Below, in pieces: positions 12,311 through 23,639 of a stretch of 64,000 bases of DNA; the stretch's first letter is position 1, and the number at the start of each line of letters is the position of its first letter. This DNA is from Zancudomyces culisetae HAW-14-8 (Eukaryota > Fungi > Kickxellomycota). The stretch spans positions 1 to 64,000 of the forward strand of contig JBNJNM010000020.1 of assembly GCA_052426225.1 (NCBI GenBank), in the 5' to 3' direction. The notes beneath the pieces were generated by a model. That model saw nothing but the letters and a program-made list of their open reading frames with translations, had not been told where the DNA came from and searched no databases. Position numbers and translations under genes: made by a program.

Positions 12311-13759
12311 AGATAAGTGGTTGGATTAGGTGGAAAATGAAAATTAATAGTCAGGAAAAAAAAAGGAGTGGAGGAGAGAAGACCAGGAAGGAAATTGGAG
12401 ATTGAAGAAAAGGGGTTGGAGAAAGAAGGAGAGAGAAAGATGGTGGTAAAAGTAAAGGCAAAAGTAGTAGAGGTAAAGAGAGAGATTTCTAGTGGAGGAA
12501 AAAAAAAGAAATGGACCAATTAAGGCTAGGTAAAAAGTGAAAAGTGGATGAGGTGAACTGAAGTAGAGTGGCAGAATGATGGAAGAGAAAGTAAGAATCG
12601 ATATGTGAGATGAAAGCACAAGAGTTAAATATATAAATATATATGTATGTATATATGTATGTATATAGAGAATTGAAATGGGATTAAAAAAAGAGGAACT
12701 GTGGAATATCGAGAATTAGAGAGATAAAAAATGGTTTTATGGCAATTGCTTTGGATTTTGTTTTTGTTTTTGTTTTTGTTTTGGCAATTTCAAAAAAAAA
12801 GAGCAGGTAAAGTGAGAGTGAAAGAGTAAATAAACCAGGAGAAAAAATTTTTTTCTTCTTTTTTTCTTGTGTTTGTTTTATCAGGTTTTAAAAAGATAAT
12901 GAAACTGGAGATTGTGAGGAAAAGTTGGATAAAACCTCCCTCCTCTCCCCCCAAGAAATGATTGAAAGATTGAAAGATTGAAAGATTAAACTGGGTGGGG
13001 ATTATACAAAAAAAAAATTTTTTTCTTTTATGGTTTGAAGATTTGAGTCAGATTTTAGAATAGTGAAAATAAGGAAAATTAAAACCAAAACTAAGAATTA
13101 AAATTAAAATAAATATTAGTAAACAAAACCAAGATATAATAAATAGATATAAAATGAAAAAATGATAATTAGTTTTATATTAAAAACAGCAATCTAGTAT
13201 GATAAAGTAGCAATAAAGGCCAAGAGTTGGTAGCGAAAATATGTTTATTTATATTTAAATTATTTGGATTGGGTTATTAGGCAATAATTGAAGACGGAAT
13301 GAAAAAAATGAATGAATTAATGAATTAGTGAAAAAAAAAGTTAATCATAAATAAACACAGATTATAATTTGTTTTTTTTCTTCCATTTCTGAAACTTATT
13401 TCGTTTGTGCTAACCAAGAAAAAAAAAGGTAAAAAAAAAATAGTGAGGGAGGAAAATTTTTTTGATAAGTTGATAAAGAAAAAAGAAAGAGGGGTTTAAA
13501 GTGATAAAAATTACAAGACAGATTTTTTTTTATAATAATAATATTTTCTATTAAAATAAAATTATTTATTTTAATATTTTAAAAAAAGAAGAGCACAATA
13601 AAAGATTTCCAAGTAAGTCAAGCTTTTTTTTTTTGTTCTTGCTTTTGTTTTAATAGATCTAAAAAGGATAGGATATTGAAATACAAGCAGATCTATAAAC
13701 AGATTTAACTTGCAACTTAGGTGAACAACTAAAAGAGATCTGCACAAATAAAATACAAA

Positions 13760-15778
13760 ATGTTCAAGAAGGGAAGCAGCCGATTGATTTCAGCAGTCGC
13801 ACGAGTTCCAGTGGGACGCACAACTGTAAGAGATTTTCAAATAGATTGATATAGATTGATATAGATTTGTTGTGTGTTGGATCAGCAACAGATCAATTAG
13901 ATATAAACCAAGAAAGACAAAAAGGAGTAACGGGGGTGGGGGTGGAAAAAAGGGAATATATAGATACATATTCTTGGTAGATAAAGAAGAAAAGAAAAGA
14001 GAGAAAGTAGAGATGGAGGTTATCGGAGAGAAAGGGAGATTAAAATAAGAGGTGAATGATTAAATAGGCACGCGCAGTAGTACCAAAGGTAATGAGAGCA
14101 GCACTCAGCACCTCAACAGCAAACTTTGCAGGACCAAAAGCAAGTAAGTTAGTACAAGATGAGATGAGAAAGAAAAAAGAATAGAGGGAGAGAAAAGTAA
14201 AAAAAAATAGAGAAAGAGAGAGAGAATGTAACAAAGGGAATAATGATAATAAAAATAGCTGCATCAGAGGTCACATCAGTATTGGAAGAGAGAATCTTGA
14301 GCAGTGTTAGCAAGGTAGATTTGCAAGAGACAGGAAGAGTATTGTCAGTAGGAGACGGTATTGCACGTGTTTATGGATTGAAGAACGTGCAAGCAGAAGA
14401 GATGGTTGAGTTCAGCTCAGGAGTACAAGGTATGGCGCTCAACTTGGAAGCAGACAATGTAGGTATTGTAATCTTTGGTAACGATCGATTGATTAAGGAA
14501 GGAGACACAGTGAAGCGTACCGGAGCCATTGTGGACGTACCAGTAGGAGAGGGATTGTTGGGAAGAGTAGTTGATGCATTGGGAACCCAATTGACGGAAA
14601 AGGCCCAATCAAGGCAGCACACCGTAGCAGAGCTCAAGTAAAGGCACCAGGAATTATTCCAAGACAGTCAGTACACGAGCCAATGCAGACAGGAATCAAG
14701 TCAGTAGATTCTATGTTGCCAATTGGTAGAGGACAGAGAGAATTGATTATTGGAGATCGTCAAACCGGAAAGACAGCAGTTGCATTGGACACAATTTTGA
14801 ACCAGAAGAGATGGAACGATGGACAAGATGAGACCAAGAAGCTGTACTGTGTGTATGTTGCTATTGGCCAAAAGAGATCAACAGTTGCACAGTTTGTCAA
14901 GACTCTTGAGGAGAACGATGCGTTGAAGTACACCATTATTGTAGCAGCAACAGCATCCGAAGCCGCACCTTTGCAATACTTGGCTCCATACTCAGGTTGT
15001 GCTATGGGTGAATACTTCCGTGACAACGGAAAGCACGGTTTTGATCATCTACGACGATTTGTCCAAACAAGCCGTAGCCTACCGTCAAATGTCACTTTTG
15101 CTCCGTCGTCCTCCAGGTCGTGAAGCCTACCCTGGTGATGTCTTCTACCTCCACTCCAGATTGTTGGAAAGAGCCGCCAAGCTCAACAAGACCTTCAAGT
15201 CCGGTTCGCTAACTGCCTTGCCTATCATTGAAACCCAGGGTGGTGATGTCTCTGCTTACATTCCAACCAACGTCATTAGTATTACTGACGGTCAAATCTT
15301 CTTGGAATCCGAATTGTTCTTCAAGGGTATCCGTCCTGCCATCAACGTCGGTATCTCTGTCTCCCGTGTCGGTTCCGCTGCCCAGACCAAGGCCATGAAA
15401 CAAGTCGCTGGTTCTCTTAAATTGTTTTTGGCTCAGTACAGAGAAGTCGCTGCCTTTGCTCAATTCGGTTCTGACTTGGATGCTTCCACTCAGTTCCTCC
15501 TCAACAGAGGTGCTCGTCTAACTGAATTGCTCAAACAGCCTCAATACTCTCCTCTCTCTGTCGAAGACCAAGTCGTTGTTATCTTTGCTGGTGTCAACGG
15601 TTACCTTGACAAGATCCCTACCAACCGTGTTGTCGAATTCGAGACTGCCTTTGTTCCTTACATGCGCACCACCCACGCCGCCATCATGGACTCTATCCGC
15701 AAATCTAACGCCATTGATGCCGATACTGAGGCTAAGCTCAAGGAAGCTGTATCTAGCTTTGTCAAATCTTTCCTCTAA
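13760..15778 (+). CDS. ATP1: Mitochondrial F1 ATP synthase alpha subunit (3 exons, two apparent indels)
   Basis: Exons 13760-13825 (targeting peptide), 14068-14143 and 14259-15778. Motifs [10 protein letters not shown], Walker [46 protein letters not shown]. Missing A at 14584-14585 and extra T at 15039-15042. Confidence 0.98.
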
Positions 15779-15825
15779 TTTAGTTTCTTCTTTCTTTATT
15801 TCTCTTTATCTTTTTTTATGGTTTA

Positions 15826-17231
15826 CTAAAATATCCATTTTATAACCAATATTATAAGCAAAACAATAAATACAATCAACAAACAAAATATTATCGAATT
15901 GGTAATCTGATTACTACTCTTAAAACTCCTATTTGCCTTCTCCAGTTGCTCTCCTCCTGCTTCTACATGTTGGTACGTCGACTCGATATTGTAGTCAATT
16001 CGGTCCAATACACTTCCTTGCTCAATAACCATGTACTGGACATCATGCAGTACTGACGACAATTGTTGTAGACTAAACATTACCTTTGTAATATCCCGAT
16101 TGCGTTGTTCTATCAATGCTATATTTGCACTTGCACTTGCACTTGCACTTGCATTTGTATCTAGTTCCTGAACAAGTAGTTGAGAATCATTATTATTAAG
16201 ACTATTTCTCTGACTCATTCCCATTCCCATTCCCATTCCCATTTCCATTTCCATTTCCATTTCCATACCTGTTGCTTTTGCTTTTACTTTTGCTTTTGCT
16301 TTTGATGTTATATCTAGAGTATTATTATCTATATGAATTGTACTTGCAGTATTGTTTCCCAAAGTAGAAGATGTAGAAAATAAAGAGGAAGAAGATGGAT
16401 TGGAAGAGGACAAAAAGTTGTAATAACTGGTTTGCATTTTTCTAAATCTATTAATGCAAGCAAACAGCTTGTTTCCCAACGCATAGTGCATATTATTCAA
16501 GTACTCGCTATCCTTATGGTTCCGCTTGAGTCCATCGATTCCGTGTTTGATTATCGAAAGCTTGTTGGAGACTTCATTTTGCACCCGTATAAATTGCTCG
16601 TGTTTACCAGTGTCTTGGATAAACGAAGGAAGCATCAGTTCTCCAATTAGCGAGGCTAGTGCGTCTAGCCTTCGATCGAGTTCGGAAAGTTGCGTGGTTA
16701 ATGCCGTGGACGCTGCATTTAGTGCTTCAAACGAGTGGAGGTTTTGAAGTTCAATATCTTGTTCATTTGATTGATTTTTGTTTTTGTTTTTGCTTTTGTT
16801 TTGATTTAGGTTTTGGTCTTTTAAAATAGTTATTTTATGATCAGTTCCTCCAAATCCACTATCACTATTATCATTAATATTACCGGTTTTTACCATCACT
16901 TATAATTATAATTATCACTGTCATTGTCACTGTCACTATCATTATTACTATTACTATTACTATCACTATTGATATTACTAAAAGTATTTTGGTTTATTTT
17001 ATTTTGACCAAAATCCAAAATTCCTCTTTTCTTTTGCTTTTGTTTTTGCTTTTGTTTTTGTTTTTGTTTTGTTTTATCTTGGTTCGTATCGGTAACAGGT
17101 AGTAATGGTGTATTAATGTAATTGGAAAAAGCTGCATCATTGTCTCTATACTTGGAATGTAACCGGGTGGGAGCATGACCGTATGAATTTCGATATTGGA
17201 TAAACAAAAATGTTTTGTTTCTTGTTGCCAT
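15826..17231 (-). CDS. TLG2: Syntaxin Tlg2/STX16 (Qa-SNARE), apparent indel near 16897
   Basis: N-peptide MATRNKTFLFIQYRNS, Habc region LPSF...E, SNARE motif MVIEQGSVLDRIDYNIE...QLEKA, C-terminal TM anchor. Confidence 0.92.
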
Positions 17232-17707
17232 TCTCTTTTTATTTTTATTCTTTACTTTACTTTCCTTTTGCTTTTGTCTATAATGATTTTTATTATTGTT
17301 GTTAACAACAATATATATTTAAAGAATAAGAATTGTGTATTTTGTGTAAAAAAGGGATTGAAAAAGGGAGGAAGGGTATATTGAATAATTAAAAAAATTC
17401 CAATAATTTTACTATTTTATTAATTTATTAATTTTTATGTTATTATTGTTTAATTTTTACCCCACTAGTTTTTTATATACAAATGAATATACAAATAATA
17501 CCCAGTTGAGAATAAATAAATAAAAAAAACATACTAAATAATTAGTAAAGAGTATGTTTATTATAATGTTGATATTGTTAAAATAAAGAAGAATAATATA
17601 TAAAAAAGAGAAAAAGAAAGAGAAAGAAAAAGAAAAAAGTTAATAAAGGTAAAAAATCAAGACTTGAAAGTACTAGTCTATAGAGACCATCTAACTTTTG
17701 GTACCTA

Positions 17708-19273
17708 TCAACCAAAACCTTTTTGACATTGAGCAAAGTCGATATACGAATTACCATTACCATTACGATTACCATTAATATCAATATCAACATCAATGTC
17801 AATGTCAATATCAACATCATTATTGGTAGAAGAAAGTGGTTGGTTGGAGGGGGTGATGGTATCAAAATGGATTTTCAAAAGCAAATTGATATATACATTG
17901 ATGAGATCAAAATCACAAACATTTTGGTTGGAGGGAGATAACATGTTGATTAGCAGGGAGAGGAAGTGTTTAGCTTCAGAGATGTTGAGACAACGGACTT
18001 CAAAATCTAGTTGAGAGTTTGTTAGAGGTTTCAAATAATCCATCAACTCGGTATTTGATGTTTTTGTAGAGTTCAAAAGAGATGAAAGTGTAGTAGTAAA
18101 GTTTTGTGGTAATAAAGAAGATTGATCATCAACAAGTTTTTTCAGTAATAAAAGTATTGTTATCATTCGTGTTGGAGTTAGAGTTAGAGTTAGAGTTGGT
18201 ATTAAAGGGATCAAATAGAGAAGAGGATGTGGTGGTAGTAGTAGTGGTGGTGGTGGTATTTTGGGCAGAAATAGGAATGAAAAAAGGAACATTTTCATTA
18301 TTTTCTGGATTTTGACTTGAAGGCAATACAGGCTTGTTACGAGTCTTGATCAAGTCCAAATCAAGCAATTGTTTCCACTTTGATTTATGTACAGTAGACA
18401 ACACCAATCCACAATCAGTATCAACATTATTTCCAGAAGAAAGTGATGATAAAGACGATGACATTAATCCATTACTACCAATAATATTGTTCAAAGGTGC
18501 AGCATAATAACCAGTAACAAAATTGGTACGGTTGGCCCAAAGAGTAATTCCCAAACTTCCAGCATGACAAGTTGCCAAGTATGCATCATCAGCAGACATG
18601 GCCAATGCCACACACACATCTTCTACTCGCAAGACATCGAGTAAGTGACCTCCGCCGACAATGTCCCATGTTCGAATAGTGTTGTCTAATGAACTGGTTA
18701 TAACCACACGGCCATCGCGACTGATTGCCAAATCAGTTAGTTTATTTGTATGTGTGTTTGGTATATGTCTTACCAATGACAATTCACTTCCATTACCTGT
18801 TGTTGATGTTGATGTTGATGTTGTTGTTGTATATACATAAAGAGGAAATCCAGCATTTGAAGAGTTGGAATATCCTACCAATAAATTGGAATTGTCATGA
18901 ATCACCAACCTATCAATACTGACAGCCTTGTTTTCCACAACCATTGTGCTTGCAAGTAATCTTGCAGTCTTGATATCAAAGACATGAATGTATCCATCAT
19001 TACTACTAACATACAACTTGGTATTACAGTTATCTACCTGAATACTGTTCACTCGCACACTACTTTTCCCACTATTTACTACCGCTTGCTTACCAGTATT
19101 ATTCTTATTATTGTTATTCATTTTGGGAATATTAAATTGTTTTCGCTTAAGTGCTGATTGTAAGTTTATCATTACTACTTGTTCACTATACTTGGTTCCA
19201 TAAAATCCAAAATTACCACATCCCGAAATTGTACAACATGTAACTTCATCATCTCCCAAATGTCCAAATCTCC

Positions 19274-19305
<32 letters not shown>

Positions 19306-20948
19306 CCATTGCTAATTGATAGTTTTATTGTTGTTCCAAGTCGTTTATGAGTATGAGGTCCTACTGAATACGTATTGATTGTATGTTTGGAGTATCCAAC
19401 CATATTGTCCCACTCATTTTCTTGTCGACTATTGATAGCAAACCCTTCAATACTCTCTGCCCCATACGTATCACGATCCCCATTTCCTGAATGAATCCTA
19501 TATGTTGTAGCATCTCTAATAATCGACGATACTCTAAACCCGCTGTTTTGTCCATAACTGATAAGTTGTGTATCCGAATAAAACTTGACCAACCGCGGAT
19601 AACTCGAATGTCCCTCAATACTTTTGATCAATCGCACATTGTTGTTTCCATAAAACTCGTATATCTTTATAAAATTGCCTATCCCACTGCTTACCACAAT
19701 CAACATGCCTCCGCTTTTCCCTCCATCACTACCTTTGCTCAATACACTGACTTTATCTACTCGCTCATTGCGCATAATCTTGATCGCCTTGTTCTCATTC
19801 AAATCCCAGATTGCCAATTGTTGCTCTGTGTTGGTTACCATAATATGTCCATACTCATCACTTCCAAATGAAATCGATTTGATTCGATCATCCGCACTCC
19901 CATTCATCATTCCATTACCATTACCATTACCACTATCTTCATCCCCGCTATGTGCAAATCGTTTGAGAACTCTACCTCGTGCCAAATCATATACCAAAAC
20001 CTGCCCATCAAGTGTTCCCAGACCAATTATATCCAACGCACTAGTCTGCTCCATACATTCAATACTACTACCTCTTTGAACCACATTACTTCCAACTCTA
20101 ACCCCTCCAATACTCTTAATATCTCCAACAGCCTGTCCACTTCGGATATTAATAATCTTGAGTTGTCCATTATTGCTTCCCACCACAATCTTGTCCACAT
20201 ATGTGCTAGGATGCATCATGCTCTTGACTATAAACTCGCGTTTACTGAATTGGATCTCTCGGTATTTTTCTCGGGTCTCCAAGTTCCATACCATTATGCT
20301 GTTGCCTAGTTCGGTTATTCCCAGCAAATACACCCCACCCAAAACCATTAGTTCAAACACACGACCCCGTCCCTGACTATTATATTCAAACTCCCCTACC
20401 TTTCTGTTACTTTTTTTCCCTCTCTTTGTTTTTTTCGAGTTGGTTTCTTTTTCTTCCTGTTCTTCTTCTTCTTCTTCTTCTTCTATCTCTATCTCATCCT
20501 CTTCATTTCCAGCTTCTTCTATTAACTTGCCTCGTTTATTTATATACACTCTACCACCAACTGATACAATTGTATGTTCTCCCCAACTAACAAAACTATC
20601 AATATCACACCCTCCTACTCCCATTCCCCCATTTTTATTCTCTTCATCTTGCTCACTTTCAGCTTCGGTTTTTCCATATTCTGGTCCTACCATCACCAAC
20701 CTCAACTTTTCCAGGTCGTATACTTGGTACCGTTTGCCTATACTCGTGGTAATATACCCCTTTTGCCCCAAATACTCAATACTGTGGCCCAATTCATTGG
20801 TGATCACTCCGATCGTCCGGTACTTTTCAAATATTTTGCTATTGTCACTTCCATTTCCTCCACTCTTGCTCTTGTTCTTGGTGGATTTTACTACTCTTTT
20901 TCCATTTTTACTTATGGTTTCTGTATTTTCTCTTTTATTATCCTTCAT
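17708..20948 (-). CDS. UTP21: U3 snoRNP WD40 protein Utp21/WDR36, apparent indel near 18135
   Basis: N-terminal SKIFEKYRTIGVITN...YDLEKLRLVMVG, WD repeats (SSLDNTIRTWD), Utp21 C-terminal KSKWKQLLDLDLIKTRNKP...PFFIP and LTNSQLDFEVRCL in the downstream frame. Confidence 0.92.
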
Positions 20949-21840
20949 TTTCGTTGTCGTCTTTATTATTTTTTGTTTATTCTTTATTCTTTATTTTTTA
21001 TCTAGTACATTTATATCCTCTATTAACTTTTTATTTGACTAGTTTTCTTGTATTGTACTCTTTACTATAAAACTAAATTATACAAAGAAAAAAAATTTTT
21101 TTTTCTTTTTTCTTGTATTTTTCGATTTCGATTATTATTTTTTTTTTCATTTTCATTTAAAATTATGTTAATTATTGTACTTTTCGAATATTTTAAAAAA
21201 AAAATTTTCTGTTTTAGCCAAAATTCTTGATCCTACCATAATTTATATAATCATCAAAAAAAAAGGAAAAAAAAAAACGTGATCAAAAGAAAGACATGAA
21301 ATCATTGTAAAAAGTATATATAATATACTTTTGAAGAGTGTATCATTTAAAATTAATACCTAAGACTTACCACCTAATATTTACACTTAATAATAATATC
21401 CATCTCATAAGTGTTTGAAGAGTAAATTTATAAAACCCTATTGTTCAATAATAGTAATAATATAATAAACAGCCCAAGTAAAACTATTCACTACACACAC
21501 ACACTCTCTCTCTCTCTTTACTCTCATCACCATTATATTATTACTGTGATTTTTTATTTTTATTTTTGTAAAACCTTCATTCTAGAATAAAATGAATGAC
21601 TGAATGCTGTACCCAAAATAAACACAACAAAAATATACTTCAATTGAAATATACATATTATTGAAATTTTGGTATACTAAGCTGGAGAATACAAAAGATA
21701 TAGGAATATATTATAATTGTATAATAGCAATAAAATCTACAAAACAGCAATATATATTTTATTTTGATGAATACATATGATTTAAAAAACCTAGGTACTC
21801 TGAAAGGAGGAGATACACCTTTTCACTCATAGAGGATATT

Positions 21841-22053
21841 ATGGGATATGCGTATAGTATGTTTTCTTTAGCCTTGCCTTTAATGGTAATGCTTTCTCCC
21901 AACAAGTTTTCTAATATCGCTTCCTTAATGGTTTGAATTGTTACGCTTATTATCCCTTTGGTAACGACTATTAGTATTTTCTACATTAAAATACGTAAGT
22001 TTGACCTTGAACTGCAAAGATTGGAATATGAGTTTAGGCTCTGGTGCCATTGA
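21841..22053 (+). pseudogene. Small TM + charged-tail ORF with in-frame TGA (possible relative of the 29.2/33.9 kb orphans)
   Basis: MGYAYSMFSLALPLMVMLSPNKFSNIASLMV*IVTLIIPLVTTISIFYIKIRKFDLELQRLEYEFRLWCH; TGA at 21934-21936. Confidence 0.3.
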
Positions 22054-23639
22054 AATTACCACAAGAAATGGAATTTCAGGTACACAAGATCCAAACTTTA
22101 AGTCATTCATGGATAATTCAACAAGGATCTAGCAACCTTCCTCCCGCCTCCCCCTCACTCACCCCCCCTTTAATAGTAATTTGAAGAAATACTTTTAATA
22201 CTTTTTGATTCACCAATTTATCTAGCCTACTTGTTTTTTTGTTTGTTTGTTTTTTTGTTTTGATTTTTTGGTTCATTAACGATTGAATAAAGAGAATATC
22301 TACTCAAAGTTTATTCACTAGATCCTGGTTATTGTTTAATCATTTGGAAAAAATAAAAACAAAACAACTTTACCATTCGTATCTAAGCTTATAACAACAT
22401 CTTTTATTTTTTTTCTAGTTTTCAAAGCTGTATCAATAGATAAGGATATAATCTTGGGGATGTAAAAACTTTGATAAATAAATACGACAACAATCCACTT
22501 TTAACTTGATTCGACCTGGATACCTCGGATCACATATTAAAAAGAGAGAAAAAGATACAATACAAATCTCGACTTTTTTACAGGTAAAAGCTAGTCTAAA
22601 TGAAACGATACACTCTAGTAGTTTGCATCTTTAGCACTATTTGAGTATTCCTTTTCAACTGTTGTCATTATTTACAGATTGATTAATAAATATTACTAGT
22701 GCTATTTAATTACACCTCAAAATTTACAACCCTTTCATTAACTGCTAAAATCATATCGTAATAAACACACATCCAATTCCCACTCCCACCCTTCCTTCCC
22801 CAAAAAAATAAATTAAACTTTATATATATGTTTGTATACATGAAGCAGACGTGAATACCATCAAAGTGCGGAACTTTTTATACTGAAAAACGCACAGTAC
22901 AAAGCAAATATCTCCAGGATCGGGTAAAAAGAGCCAATACATGTCCTTACAAGATCACAGTCACTCCCCATTCGTATGTCATGTTAATATGTCCCACTAT
23001 TTTATTTTCTGTATTTTTACAAGTTTGGATTAACAAATTTCGGAATCCTCAACCTTATTTGGATTCCAGTAAAATAAATTCTATAATAGACTCACAAAAA
23101 AAAATAAGAATTATTCCAATCCAGACATACAACTCTAACCTGAATTATTCAATGAACATCCCACCAAAAATGACAGAGATAGGATGTTCAGTATATGTTT
23201 TTGGTGAAAAATAGTGGAACTGGAACAACTTTATTTGTTGTCTATTTGATGAGGCTTTTTTTTGGTTGTTAGCAAATTCATCTTGTTTTCTTTAAAATGC
23301 AAAATTATTGGACTGAAAATAATCCAACTTTTCTGGTTTGATGCTTAATCTTAAAAAAAACACAATAATCAGAATTATCAATGGTTTCATAGCTTATTTA
23401 AAAAATCCATGTGCAAAAAAAAATATAGAAATGCCCTGATGATTTTTCCAAATTACTCAGCAAACGACCATTCAAGCCAAAGTCTAAGAACCCGATAAAT
23501 TGATCAAAAAAACCAAAAAAAGATAGTATAAAACAACCACATTATGCCTTTCGAGTTTATTAATCTTTATTCTTTACTTTAATACTCTAATGCCAAACAA
23601 AGCTATAAAGGCGGCAGCGATCATCCAACCTATAACAGA

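Noticed and set aside
12235-12619. Phe/Ser/Leu-rich minus-strand ORFs (94 and 91 aa) resembling membrane proteins
   Set aside because: By-product of the purine-rich low-complexity tract on the + strand.
2121-20948. Interpreting RPS9, SLU7, ATP1, TLG2 and UTP21 as pseudogenes
   Set aside because: Protein sequences are fully conserved, with only single-base homopolymer-type indels and no nonsense substitutions. Sequencing error is far more parsimonious.
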